A stretch of 64,000 bases of DNA from Mobula hypostoma (Eukaryota). The number at the start of each line of letters is the position of its first letter. Position 1 is the stretch's first letter. Shown one piece after another: positions 1 to 12,300 of the stretch. Under the pieces are notes generated by a model. That model was not told the origin of the DNA, made no database searches, and saw only the letters and a list, made by a program, of their open reading frames with translations. The position numbers were made by a program, and so were the translations under genes. The stretch lies in assembly GCF_963921235.1 (NCBI RefSeq), contig NC_086097.1, forward strand, positions 54,934,001-54,998,000. The letters run 5' to 3'.

Positions 1-820
1 TCCCTTTAGCCACAAGGGCCATATCTAACTCCCTCTTAAATATAGCCAATGAACTGGCCTCAACTGTTTCCTGTGGCAGAGAATTCCACAGATTCACCAC
101 TCTCTGTGTGAAGAAGTTTTTCCTAATCTAGGTCCTAAAAGGCTTCCCCTTTATCCTCAAACTGTGACCCCTCGTTCTAGACTTCCCCAACATCGGGAAC
201 AATCTTCCTGCATCTAGCCTTTCCAATTCCTTTAGGATTTTATATGTTTCAATAAGATCCCCCCTCAATCTTCTAAATTCCAAGAAGTATAAGCCTAGTC
301 GATCCAGTCCTTCATCATATGAAAGTCCTGCCATCCCAGGAATCAATCTGGTGAACCTTCTTTGTACTCCCTCTATGGCAAGGATGTCTTTCCTCAGAAT
401 AGGGGACCAAAACTGCACACAATACTCCAGGTGTGGTCTCACCAAGACCTTGTACAACTGCAGTAGTACCTCCCTGCTCCTGTACTCGAATCCTTTTGCT
501 ATGAATGCCAGCATACCATTCGCCTTTTTCACCGCCTGCTGTACCTGCATGCCCACTTTCAATGACTGGTGTATAATGACACCCAGGTCTCGTTGCACCT
601 CCCCTTTTCCTAATCAGCCACCATTCAGATAATAATCTGTTTTCCTGTTTTTGCCACCAAAGTGGATAACCTCACATTTATCCACATTAAATTGCATCTG
701 CCATGAATTTGCCCACTCACCCAACCTATCCAAGTCACCCTACATCCTCTTAGCATCCTCCTCACAGCTAACACTGCCACCCAGATTCGTGTCATCTGCA
801 AATTTGGAGATGCTGCATTC
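1..820 (-). mobile_element. CR1-clade (HER1-like) LINE, RT C-terminal/3' fragment
   Basis: ORF 128..598 has CR1 ORF2 C-terminal motifs (LYKxLVRPHLEYCVQFWSP, RRLRGDLIETYKI, SRTRGHSL). Very similar to the plus-strand copy at about 58070-59125. Confidence 0.93.
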
Positions 821-1064
821 TTCCGATACCTTAGAACTCATCTTGCTAACGGATGCTCAAAATAAATCAACATAAAGCACAGATGCTCACAGGCACATGC
901 TTAAGCAATGCCGGCTAGAATGCAGTTCCAGGGGAGGTGCCTGGCTGCTTGGGGCGCGCGCTGCCTTTTTTTCGTAACAGTGAAAACACCTTCTGTTAGT
1001 GAAAACAGGTAACTAATGTAGGTCTTTCGTAACAGCGAGGTTTCGTAAAGCGGGGGACACATGT
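821..1064 (-). mobile_element. Tigger/pogo-type DNA transposon terminal fragment
   Basis: Reverse complement matches the left end of the 20668-22210 element (GTCCCCCGCTT...ACGAAACCTC.CTGTTACGAAAGACCTACATT). Ends in a TIR-like GCGGGGGACACATG followed by TA. Confidence 0.75.
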
Positions 1065-1339
1065 AGTCTTGTCTAAAACCAGAGGGTATGACCTTAAGGT
1101 GGGAGGGAGGAGGGGATCTTGGGTATAAATTTTTTGTACATGGAATATTTGGTTTCTGGAATGAGCTGTCTGATTAGATGGTGGGGGCAGAAATGAAACA
1201 TTTAAGTGGTATCTTGACAGGATGCTGAGGAAATTGGAATTTCTGCAGATAAATGGGATTAGTACAGATAGGCTTTATGATTGCCATTGACAACAGTAGG
1301 CTGAAGAGCCTGTTTCGGGAGACCATATCTTTTATGGAC

Positions 1340-1885
1340 ATCAACACATTTCCGGGCATCAGTACCTCAGAGGTTCTATCCTCGGCCTAATATATTGATG
1401 CAATCATGATGAGGTAGTTCCAGTGGCTGGTATATTACTTAACATGAGTAAATTTCTACTGATGTATGGTGGTGAGCAATCTGATTGGCTGCATCTTCAC
1501 CTGATACGGAAGCTCCAGTGCACAGGGTCAAGAAACACTGCCGAGGATTGTAGATTCAGCCATCTTTATCATAAGCACCAGCCTCTCCACCATTAAGGAT
1601 ATCTTCAAGAGATGCCTCAAGAAGGCTGCATCCATCATAAAGGACCTTAACCATCCTGGGCATGCCCTCTTCTCATTACTATCATCAGGGAGATGCACAC
1701 TTTATTTTTTTGGAACAGCTTCTTCCCCTCTGCCATCAAATTTCTGAACAGTCAATGAACCCATGAACACTACCTTGCTATTTTGCTCCCTTTTTTGTAC
1801 CGTTTATTTTTAGATTTCTTACTGTAAGCTATGGTCCTTTTTATGTATCGCACTCTTCTGCTGCCACAAAACAACACATTTCAGA
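1340..1885 (+). mobile_element. Decayed Rex1/Babar-like LINE 3' fragment
   Basis: Recurrent 3' motif (AAGAAGGC.GCATCCATCAT.AAGGACC...CCATCC.GG.CATGCCCTCTTCTC) shared with copies at about 3850-4130, 9580-10120, 43580-44590 and 50100-51200. Confidence 0.6.
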
Positions 1886-2799
1886 AGCAGAATCGGGTTT
1901 ACTATCACTGACATATGTCGTGAAATTTGTTGTTATGTGGCAGCAGTTCATTGCATTACATAATAATAAAAACAGTGAATTACAGTAAATAAATACATAA
2001 ATAGTATGCATCATAAAGTTAAGTTAAATAAGTAGTGCAAAAATTAGTATCACAAGTTGTCTGTGATAATAAATCTGATTTTGATTCTGTGCAATACAGC
2101 TCCGGTTCTCTATGTGTCAGAACCGGACATTTTTTTCTGCAAATAATTCACATAATATTGGCACAGTCTTACTCTCTTCACCAGTACATCCTGTTCTGCC
2201 AGGCGTGTTCTACAGTCCTGCTATTTGCAACACATTAAGTCTTTGTTAACAGCACCCTTCCCCCCAAATGTCCTATTATTCCATTTAGCAGAATGACCCC
2301 TACAACTCGCCATCTATAGTAGCCTTGCCCTCACCCTATCACAGATGAATCCCTCCAATAATCTTCTTTGCAATTTAAAACTACCTTTTTTCCTTAATAA
2401 TTCTCATGAAGGAGCTTTGATCTGAAATGTTATTTTGTTTCTGTTTCCACAGATTCTGTTTGACCAATCAACTGTTCCCAGAATTTTTTGTATTTTAATT
2501 CAAATTTTCAGCATATGCAGTACTTTTGATAAAAACTTCAGTTTACAAATATTTAATTGGAGAACATTTCATTTTAACCATTTACTGGATTTCAGACAAG
2601 CAGCCTGGTAATTTTTTGACAGTGAAGGAGTTGAGAGAGGTTGTGCAGACCGTCAGTTCTTTTCTGGAATAAGTCACTGAGGGGCGCCATGTAAATGAGA
2701 AACAGGCAGAGGTCAAAAGATTTTCCCAGGGGATACCAGAGTGACAGTGTGGGAGCAGGAAGTGAAACCCTTGCAGTTCATTCTTTTGACTATCAATCA

Positions 2800-3496
2800 C
2801 AGACATCCCACCCTGCAAAAACTCATTTCAGTGAGGTATCACCATCAATTTGCGGGAGACTCCCGGAACTTCCGGGAGAGGTGGGATGTCTGCAGTAGAG
2901 TAGCTCCTCAGCAGCTAGCAAGTTAGTTTAAATAACGTTAGCTATGCTAATAAATAAATGACACCTGTTACACTCACCTCAACATGTCTTTTACAGTCCT
3001 AACCCACCATGGGCAATAGAAAAGTCACTGTTGCAAACAGTGCAGCGAGCAACACTGTCATTATTTATGACCCCTATTAGGCAGGGGTACACTTTAGGGT
3101 AGCCTGGGGTGACATACGTTTAATATTTTCTGTTTTTGGAATACTCTCCCATGGCGTGCTCGCTCACTCTCTCTCTCGTGGTCGCTCTTGCGCTGTCGCT
3201 TGCTTCTCTCTTGCTCTCTTTCGCGCTCTCTCTCTTGTGGTCGTTCTCGTGCTCGCTCACTCTCTCTCGTGCTCTCTCGCACTGTCGCTTCTCTCTTTCG
3301 CGCGCTCTCTCTTGTGGTCGCTCTCGTGCTCGCTCGCACTGTTGCTTGCTTCTCTCTTGCTTCTCTCTCGCTCTCTCTCTCGTGGTCGCTCTCAAAAAAT
3401 TGATTTCCGTGATATTGTATATAATTTGCGGGCATCAGGGAGCCACTATTAATATGTGGGAGACTCCCGGAACTTCCGGGAGAGGTGGGATGTCTG
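2800..3496. mobile_element. Non-autonomous DNA transposon (MITE) with 13-bp TIRs, 6-bp TSD and an internal CT-rich microsatellite
   Basis: TIRs CAGACATCCCACC (2800) and GGTGGGATGTCTG (ending 3496). CAATCA is duplicated at 2794-2799 and 3497-3502. Degenerate (CT)n/CTCG repeat at about 3157-3393. Confidence 0.8.
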
Positions 3497-4134
3497 CAAT
3501 CAATAGATAAAAATTTAGATCAGGCAAATGAATACAAAATTTTAAAGTAACATTTCAACTAATTTTGTTAAAAGCTACCATTTGTTTAATGCGTGGATGA
3601 TATATTTATTTTGGGAATTAAGGGTTATGGGGAAAAGGCAGGTAGATGGAGCTGGGTTTACGGATAGATTAGCCATGATCTTATTGAATGGCCGGGCAGG
3701 CTTGATGGGCTGGATGGCCTACTCCTGCTCCTACTTCTTATGTTCTTATGTTCTAAATGCTGACATACATAGTTGAAAGGAAGAGGAAAACAGGATGGTG
3801 TTGTTTATGTTAAACATTGCCGACAAAGAGTAGAGGACACTGAGACTAAAGATTCAGCCAGTTTCATCATGGACCCAATCCTCCCCACCACTGAGGACTC
3901 CTTCAAGAGGCAGTATCTTAAAAAGGCAGCATCCTTCATTAAGGACCCTCACTATCTGGGACATGTGCCTTCTTTGTATTACTACCACTGGAGAGGAGAT
4001 ACAGGGGCCTGAAGACCTAAACTCAATGATTCAGAAACAGCTTCTTCTGCCTTTAGATTTCTTAACAGTCCATGAACACTACCTCATTATTCCTTTTGCT
4101 TGCATGATTTATTTATTTTGTAATTCATTTTATT

Positions 4135-4397
4135 TAAAGGTACACCACAGAATCTTCCAGCCCAGTGAGCTGTGCCGCCCAGCAACCCACCTATTTATTC
4201 CCAGCCTAATCACAGGACAATTTACAATGACCAATTAACTGGTAGTCTTTGGACTGTGGAGGGAGACAGAACAGCTGGAAGAAACCCATGCCCTCACAGG
4301 AAGAATGTACAAACTTTCTTACAGAAGATGCGAGAATTGAAATCCAAACTTTCGACACCCTGAGCTGTAACAGTGGCGCACTAACCACTGTGTTACC
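4135..4397 (-). mobile_element. tRNA-derived SINE (HE1/V-SINE-like)
   Basis: Minus strand begins GGTAACACAGTGGTTAGTGCG (A-box-like), then GGATTTCAATTCTC (B-box-like), followed by the V-SINE-type core (TTTGTACATTCTTCC...GGGTTTC...CCACAGTCCAAAGAC...TTAATTGGTCATTGTAAATTGTCC). Confidence 0.75.
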
Positions 4398-5102
4398 CCA
4401 ATAGTAATTTTATGTCGTTGCACAATACTGTTGCCATAAAAACTCATAAGAAAGTGATAATCAGCCAGTTCTGATGAATAGTTTTGGTCTGAAACATCGA
4501 CTGTCACTCTTTTCCATAGATGCTGTCTGGCCTGCTGAATTTCTTCAGCATTTAGTGTGTATTGAAAGTGATAATAAACCTGATTTTGATTCCAATACAG
4601 ATCAAGAAGGTTGAGGATGAAGAACTTTTACTATCTCTATCACATTAATGACTTTATTAGAGAGTTTTACATATGTTGGAATGCAAATAAGTGGAAGATG
4701 CAAAATCAGTGATAATGTACTAGAAAAAGAGGTGAGAAGGGATACATGCATAAGACAACGAAAGGAATATTCATTATATTTTAAACTTGGCGGAAAATGC
4801 TCAGATCTTTTATTTGGTGGAAATGAGTTGAAAAAAAAGAGAATTTATTCAATGTTCACCCAGATGGGAGAGCTTGCAAGAAAGCACTGGTTACATCTCT
4901 GTTGATGGAAGACATAGAGACTGAAGGTCCCAGATGCTGAAGGACATATAGAGCAAAAGGAGACAATCAAAGAGAACTATCAGTATGATATTTTAAAATT
5001 GTGATAGAAATCCACTTCCACTGTGAGGGAAACGATGCTTAAGGACTTAAGTCTGCAGATGCTGGAGTCTGCAGCAACAAACAATCTGCTGGAGGAACTC
5101 GA

Positions 5103-5900
5103 GATCAAGTTCAATTTTAACTGTCATTCAACTATACACATGTATACAGCTAAGTGAAACAGCATTCCTCCAGGGCTACGATGCAAAACATGGTACACAC
5201 AGCAGACAACACGTGGCATATATAGTTATGATAGCATACAGTCACATTAAAATTTATGAGCCCAAATCTCTAAGTGTCATGGCCTGAAGATTGATGGTAC
5301 ATCAGATGTCGTCCTAGAGCCATGTTTCTGCAAGAATAAACACACAGCAGTTCCTCATGTTGCGCTAGTTCAGTCACAGACTTGTCTTCCATGGAGGACA
5401 CACTGGAGAGCACCACTAACAGGATGGCCAGCTCCAGCCAAGCATGGATTCCAGTACACCCAATGCGCCTCGGTTCTCCTCCACATCACCTCTGGAGCCT
5501 CCTCTCCTGGGTGACTGCCACAGCATGTAGGCCTGGAACACATAACAACTGAAGCCACACAGTTCCTACACCACTGGTCTTGCAAATGAACCAACGGATC
5601 AGACGTGGTATTTCTTATTACCAATGTCCAACAGGGTCTTGTGATCTCAAGAAAAGTTTGCACCATGTGTTGGACTGCATACCATTTCTGACCCTTCTTC
5701 CCTGGGTGGCTGTAGCAGGTGACGATATGGTATGCAATAAACCTGTACTGCACAGCTCACCTGCCGTCCAACAACTCGGTAGTGAGGTAGGCTTGCAGCA
5801 TTTGGTATTCTTAAAATCCAGCAGTGTCCTGCAATCACAAGAAAGTCAATAAGGACCTGGAGAGGCCACTGCCACCAAGCGCGCAGCCATCTTACTGCTG
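5103..5900 (-). mobile_element. Non-autonomous non-LTR retroposon (YY1-like 5' head, Rex/L2-type tail)
   Basis: The minus-strand 5' end contains AAGATGGCTGCGC and the 3' end reads ...GAATGACAGTTAAAATTGAACTTGAT. Same layout as 33983-34638. Boundaries are approximate. Confidence 0.5.
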
Positions 5901-8022
5901 GAACAGACACAAAGTGACTAGAATTACGAGGAAATTCTCTTAGCTCTAGAAATGCATCCAATATTTTAACAGGAATCTAATCCTCAACAAAACTATAAAC
6001 ATTAGCACGTTTTTAAGAAATAATTTAAATAATGATATGAAAAACATCTTGATCTAGCTAACTGCTTGCCTTTTAATATTTTGCTTAGATGCAGACTATT
6101 CACAATGGCTGGTGTATTATTGCCTTATTCTTCTTGGGCAGGCTTGGGGTTGAGATTTAATTTCTTCCATTCAATTCTGTTGACTGAATTTTAAAAAAGT
6201 TTTGTTTAGACATGCATTTGACACTACTAAGAATATCTGAATAAATGTATCATTCACATGAAGAACACAAAACAACTTTTCTGACAAGCTATGCATGGAA
6301 GAGTTTCTAGATCACATAATGCATTTTAAATAATTTCATACTGAACTGAAGTAAAAGTTAACTTGAATTAAATGGAGCATGAATGAGAAACCATTTTCAC
6401 TCATAATGAAAGTTAAAGGAACTCATGCATTCTTTGTTCAGTATGTAATAGCTTAACAATAAACTCCTGCTATCATATTAGCAAATGACCTCAACTGTGC
6501 TATAAATTTCCAAGATTCTGCATTAGCTATGGTGCAAAGACTAGGCCATTAAATTCTTATCACAGTGCAACTTTGTTTTACAATACACATTTGAATCGAT
6601 ACATGATGGCATGCAAGCCCTGCTCTTAGCCAATATTCCAATCACAGTGCAGACTGTGTTGAATGAGGTTTTACCATCACCCTAATATTTCTTAATATTT
6701 CTTGCCATATTACACAACATCACCTTCATTAAGCACAGACTAGAGAAATAGGAAACTTCAACCAATGTCATTTCCATTCCAGAAAAAAACATCATTCCAG
6801 TACAGTATTAGGAATTGGCTTGCAGTACAGAAAAGGATGTTAACTAACATGCATATTCACAGTTGAGTTCCAAATCACAAAGTAATTCACTTGTTTGAAA
6901 ATGGTCCTTATACTAAACATCTTTTGGGCAGGTGGGGCTCGACAGCCTTGGACGGCAACCCCCTAGGAGCAGGAAAACTCTGATTTTAAACCTCCGCTGC
7001 CATGCAGCCCCACCCATCATGGCAAGGACTTTGGGAGTAAACCTCAAGGAAGAAATCTGGAGTCGGGGTCCCTAAGGCAGTTTGATGTTGTTTACAACTT
7101 CACTCTGACAACCTCTGCGACGACATTGGTGCCAAGCTGTATCGGCATTTGCTCTTCCCTTGGACTAAGTCAGTGACATGGAGAGGGGGAACCCGCTGCA
7201 TGGGCAACAGCCGGTTCTTCAAATCTTCCTGCCCAGGCTTGCGCCCTGGAGAGGACACAGTCCACCAGCAGCACAAACCCATAATCCCCTGGAATGGACA
7301 GCTGCCTATAAAACAAATATTCTCCAGCAATATGCTCGATATAGTTACATTACCAAAATCAATAAAGATGCATAACAAGACCATGGAAAACATGAATCAC
7401 TTCCTATATCTTCGGGGTAACCTTTCAAGGCATTAATTTTTACAAATAAAAGCATCCAAATCCATAAATGAAGCAACATCAGCACCTCCCAGGTGAATAT
7501 CCCCAGTTTCAAGGCTCTTTTTATACTCTGTTTACCATGCAACAACGATTCTGTGCATTTCTGAGGCATGGAATCTCTACAGAAGATAACTCAAACGATT
7601 GAAAGACACATTTTGTGATTCAAATCTCAACATATCTTCCAGGATTGAATTCACTCCAAGATGATTGCCACTCACAAGTCACACCCACCTACGTAGCTAA
7701 AAAGTCAGAGCATGGAAAGAGGGCCTTCAGCCCAACTCATTCATGCCATCTATGTAGTCCAGTGGACTAGTCCCACCTGCTTGAGAGTGGCTGGGAATAC
7801 TCCTATTCCTCCAAATGTGGGAACATATTAGGAACGCGACTGGGAGCCAGACCATGAAACATGACTAAAACAGGGCCACATACGCAGAAGTAGTACGTTG
7901 GGATACTTAACTTCAAGTTAAAATGGTGCTGGTGATCCTCTGTGACTTCTGGCTGGTAGCTAATGAAACAAGGATAGCAACTAAATAAAGGGCAAAATCT
8001 CTTACTAGCTCTTCCTTCAGTT

Positions 8023-8058
8023 AGTCCTGATGAAGGGTCTCAGCCCGAAACGTCGACT
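8023..8058 (+). ncRNA. Minimal type I hammerhead ribozyme motif, copy 1
   Basis: AGTC-CTGATGA-AGGG tctcag CCC-GAAA-C-GTC/GACT. Stem I is AGTC/GACT, the conserved core is CUGANGA...GAAA, the triplet is GUC, and stem III is the palindrome ACGT. Confidence 0.8.
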
Positions 8059-8105
8059 GTACCTCTTCCTAGAGAGTAAATCTCTTACTAGCTCTTCCTT
8101 CAGTT

Positions 8106-8141
8106 AGTCCTGACGAAGGGTCTTGGCCTGAAACGTCGACT
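8106..8141 (+). ncRNA. Minimal type I hammerhead ribozyme motif, copy 2
   Basis: AGTC-CTGACGA-AGG gtcttgg CCT-GAAA-C-GTC/GACT, 83 nt downstream of copy 1. Confidence 0.8.
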
Positions 8142-10281
8142 GTACCTCTTCCTAGAGATGCTGCCTGGCCTGCTGCGTTCACCAGCAACTTTGATGTGTG
8201 TTGTTTGAATTTCCAGCATCTGCAGAATTCCTCGTGTTTACGTTTTAAAATTAGCAACTGAATACCTTGTTAACCATGCTTCTTTTGGCAAATGATCATT
8301 GCAAGTAATAGTCTGCAGCTTCCCTTTGCACTTTAGGCAACTCGATGTGGCAGAACCAAGGCAAAGTGAGGTGGTGGGCCCATCGCCAAGAGTGTGCCAG
8401 AGCATGAAAGGTTGGGCACAGGACAAATTGAACTGACAAAGTTCGATGTGTCCAAACAGCAAAATCTATTGTGCAGACAGAGAGTTAAGCACCAGGCCAA
8501 ATTGAAAAGGTCAGGTGTCAAGGCCATAGGCAAGATATTCAGATTCAGATCGTTGCTCGAAGCGACAGAACACAATGTTCGCATGGAGCTGGGCCAGAAT
8601 GAAAAGGTCAAGGTGTCAGAAAGGTCAGGGTGTCAGGGCCCGAGGCAAGGTATGAGCCGATTAAGATTGCTGTTCCACGGTATTTACCTGGCTCTGCACT
8701 GGATTATGGGACTCTCTTGTGGACTTGAGTTCAGAAACACGAGTTGCTTGCAGTTACTGTTTGCATGATTTTTCTTTCATTGCACATTGGGTGTTCGACG
8801 GTCTTTTTTATGGGTTATTTTATTTTATTTTCTTATGAACATGATGTGTTTCTTTTATTCTCTGCATATGTATGGGGTTTGTTTTTGGATTTCTTTGTCT
8901 TGTGGCTGTCTGTTAGGAGATGAATCTCAAGGTTGTATAATGTATACATCCTTTGATAATAAAATAACTTTGAACTTTTGGGAATGGTACCAGGTGTACA
9001 TCTAAACCAAAGCCGTGATTGGGATTGGGAGCTGGGGACCCAAGTGTGGCTGGGAATGTGACCTGCAGCCAAAAGCCACGGTGATTAAGATAAGGAACTA
9101 AGGACCGATGTGTGAGTGGGAATGTGGATAGATATGGCTATAGGGAGGGATATGTAAAAGGAGAGTCGTACAGAATAAAGACACAAAGTGGGAAAAGAGA
9201 GGAGGAAGGATCTCAAAGTAAAGGGATTCAAGGACAAGAGTGATTGAGGCACTGAGGCATCGAGGCAAAGATGGGTGAGGGAGGACAATGAACAAGGACA
9301 GCTTTGTGATCATGAAAGACAGATAGAGATATGTTGAGGGAGGGAAAACGAGTGAAAGTGCTGAGTAGCACTTACATGTGTGCCTACTAATATGTGAGTA
9401 TTAATCTCCATGTAGCTTTGGCTTATCTCAGGTTATCTTGGTCTCCTTGGCACTGCATTAAGATCTTGTTCTCTCAAGTCCATATGAATATATATTAAAA
9501 AACGCAAATGGGTAACTTCCACACTACAAACTGTGCTCAGTGTGAGGCATGGCTAACCTAGTCACCAAGGACTCTAGTGATTTCTACAGTTGTACCATTC
9601 TGACGAGTTGCATCATTGACCGGTACGGAGGCTCCAAAGTGCAGCATCTAACATGGCTGCAAAGGGTTCTAGACTCAGCCTGTTAGACCATCCAAGACGT
9701 ATTCACAGGGTAGTGCCTCAGGAAGGCAGCATCCATCGTTAAGGACCCTTCCCATCCAGGCCTTGGCCTCTTCTCAATAGTACCATCAGTGCAACACACA
9801 CAAAAAGCTGGAGAAACTCAGCATTTTGTTTATGTTGCTTGGATTCCAGCATCTGCAGATTTTCTCATTTGTGATTGGAGTACCATCAGGGAGAAGGTTA
9901 CAGGAGACTGAAGACACATACTTAATGTTTTAGAATCAGCTTCTTCACCTCCGCCATTAGATTTCCAAATGAGCCACGAACTTCTGAACACTACCTCACT
10001 ATTCTTCTTTCACACTATATATTTATTTTATTTTATTGTAATTTATAGTAATTTTATGTCCACTGTACTACTGCTACAAAACTAATTTCAGTAACAATAA
10101 ACCTGATTTTGATTCTGAACACTGGAGAAATGATACAAAATCATGCCTGTTCTTTTAATGAAGACCTTCAAAATTAATTAAGTTTTTAAAGAAACGCAGG
10201 TTAAGTTGATGACAACTGTTGTGGAATCTGTTAAATAGCTTTTCAATTTGTCACGGTGAGCAATTGATACTGCTCAGCGCC

Positions 10282-10831
10282 TGTAGTGGTTGCTTTAAAA
10301 CAAAGCAAAAGCACTGAGAGATTAAGCCAGGAGATCTACGGTGTATGATGCGTTTCCAAAACAATGAAGTTCCAAAATCAAACAAGGTACATTCAATCCT
10401 TTATTAGTAGGCAGCCGTCGATCCCAATTACAAAACCAGCAAAGACGATAAAACTTGCAGTGACAAAAAAACTAATGAAACTAAATTAGCAATATAGAAT
10501 TAAAATTAGTGAAATAACAAAGTTAGCAGTTGAACTAATGTACTTAAGTGAAGTTAGCAATCTAGTTAACATTCTGATGACATTCCAATTAGAGGTCCCA
10601 ATTAGCATAACAAAGTGGTCAAATTAAGTCAATTTAAAAAAATCATTCTCTGTGACTCAACCACTCTCCACTAGACTAAATAATAACTAACCACAAACGT
10701 GAATACATAGCTACATTCATTTGCTTCTACAACACGTCAACCCACGTGACAGATTACCATAATAAATGTACCACCGACAGAAAATAGATACATGGCTCCA
10801 ACAGACAGATAATAGGTACGTGGCTTTGACA
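10282..10831 (-). repeat. BEL/Pao 3' LTR
   Basis: TGT...ACA termini. Alignable by eye along its length to 40512-41034. Preceded on the minus strand by GTGTAATAATTAAGCTGTTGGAA, which resembles a decayed BEL 3' end/PPT. Confidence 0.75.
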
Positions 10832-10894
10832 TTCCAACAGCTTAATTATTACACTATAATAACTGCAACTACATACTACTAAAATTAGGAGACA

Positions 10895-11966
10895 CTAGAC
10901 AACAGGGTGACCCGTTGGGGCACCCTTGGAGAGAAGGGTAGTACAGTCTGATGTGACCAGAATGAACATTAAATTTTACTGAATGCTATTGGTATCGCTT
11001 TGCTTTGGAAACAGAAGTAGAAAACCTCAGTTTACTAAAGAAGAACGACGCGCAGCAAAGCAAATATAGCTGCTCCTCATTTAACAAAGGACACTTTTGA
11101 TGGCATCATTTCTGATTTATCTGCCACCCTTGTGCATCTCGTTGTCATTCTGGAGACGTGCAGTCCTTTCATCCCCCATCTCTTCATCTCTTTTGCTGTT
11201 TGTTGTTTGCCTCTGATCCTGGAGACTTGCATGCCTCTCCTCCTCTGTCTCTTCTTCTCTCATCTTTTTTTGTCCTGACTCTTTGATCCTGGAGTCGTGC
11301 GGCCCTGGTCTCATCCGATTCTTGTTCTCTCCCTCTCCTTGCCGCTTCCCAATGACGTTCAGCGTCATCTCTTGACCATGCGGCATAATTAGGCTGACCA
11401 TTTTTTTTACCCTAATACTGGATAGAAGATACGAAGCAATAATCAGCAGTAAGGATGCTGATTATTGTTGATGATGTGGTTGGCGCTCTCTTAAATGAAC
11501 GTGATATAGTCACCACTGTCCTTTGACTGCAGCAAAGGGTTTTATGGGTGTCTCGAAGTACGTCATTACAATAAGATTTAATTATCTCTTATTGATGGGT
11601 GGCAGTTAGATCTGTCCCAATCCTGCACATGCTGATGGTGATTAGCAGAATGTGACCACTCGAAATAGAGCTGCCCTGCCCTTTTGTTCTGGTAGGTGTC
11701 ACTGCTGAGACTGGCCGTGCGCATGCGTTGGGCTGTCGCATCCCGATTTCTATGATGGCGGATCGGTTCTTGGGTTAAAGGGGAGCCTGTTGATTTTTGC
11801 GAATGAGCAATTTTTACATGAATATATAACCCTGAACTTTGCCTGCATTCTGTAAGTTAGCACATTTTAATTCGATTTAGCCAAGAAAAGTGCCGCTGTA
11901 ATGCACCGTTTGCTCTAATTGGAACAGACAGACAGACAGAGCATGAGAGTTTTAGTTTTATATAGA
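10895..11966 (-). mobile_element. Non-autonomous Helitron (about 1.07 kb)
   Basis: Minus strand: 5' A|TCTATATAAAAC followed by a (CTGT)n tract. The 3' hairpin AGGGTGCCCCAACGGGTCACCCT (10904-10926) lies 5 nt before CTAG|T. No TSD. An internal charged-repeat ORF remnant (11117-11401, ETEEERHAxLQDQR) resembles RepHel N-terminal repeats. Confidence 0.85.
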
Positions 11967-12159
11967 TGAAATCTTCAGTGATAAACATCTTAACATTTAT
12001 ACAAATGTCCTCTTTCTTCTTCCAGTCAAGTCTTGATATCGTCATCTAGGCCAGAGTTTATCAGCACCTAATCCAATACAGAGTGATCTTTACCACCACT
12101 CTCAGTCAAGTCAGGAAATCAAATCAAAGTCATGAAACTTCTAGAGCTGTAGACACAGA

Positions 12160-12300
12160 TCTTTGTCATAAGCCTGTACAGACATCTGGTCTTGGTCTTG
12201 ATGTGCACCTGCTGTACAAATCTTCTTCTGTCTGGAAAGATTTGAATGACTGTTTCCACAATCCAAGAGCTTCAAGGCACTGTGTCATCAACTATAAGCA
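12160..12300 (-). pseudogene. BEL/Pao integrase C-terminal domain remnant (DUF5641-like)
   Basis: Manual translation VLIVDDTVP*SSWIVETVIQIFPDRRRFVQQVHIKTKTRCLYRLMTKIC matches the typical BEL pol C-terminus. Confidence 0.8.

Larger units (their letters stand above)
7995..8237 (+). mobile_element. Penelope-like element 3' tail with an 83-bp tandem duplication
   Basis: Matches the tail of the GIY-YIG-bearing copy (35610-35770). Unit 7995-8075 is repeated from 8078. Confidence 0.85.

Noticed and set aside
3094..3510. Several overlapping ORFs rich in ER/SL repeats
   Set aside because: They are translations of a CT-rich microsatellite inside a MITE, not genes.
7995..8160. CRISPR-like or prokaryotic repeat array
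   Set aside because: Only two units, no unique spacers, eukaryotic context, and fully explained by the Penelope tail.
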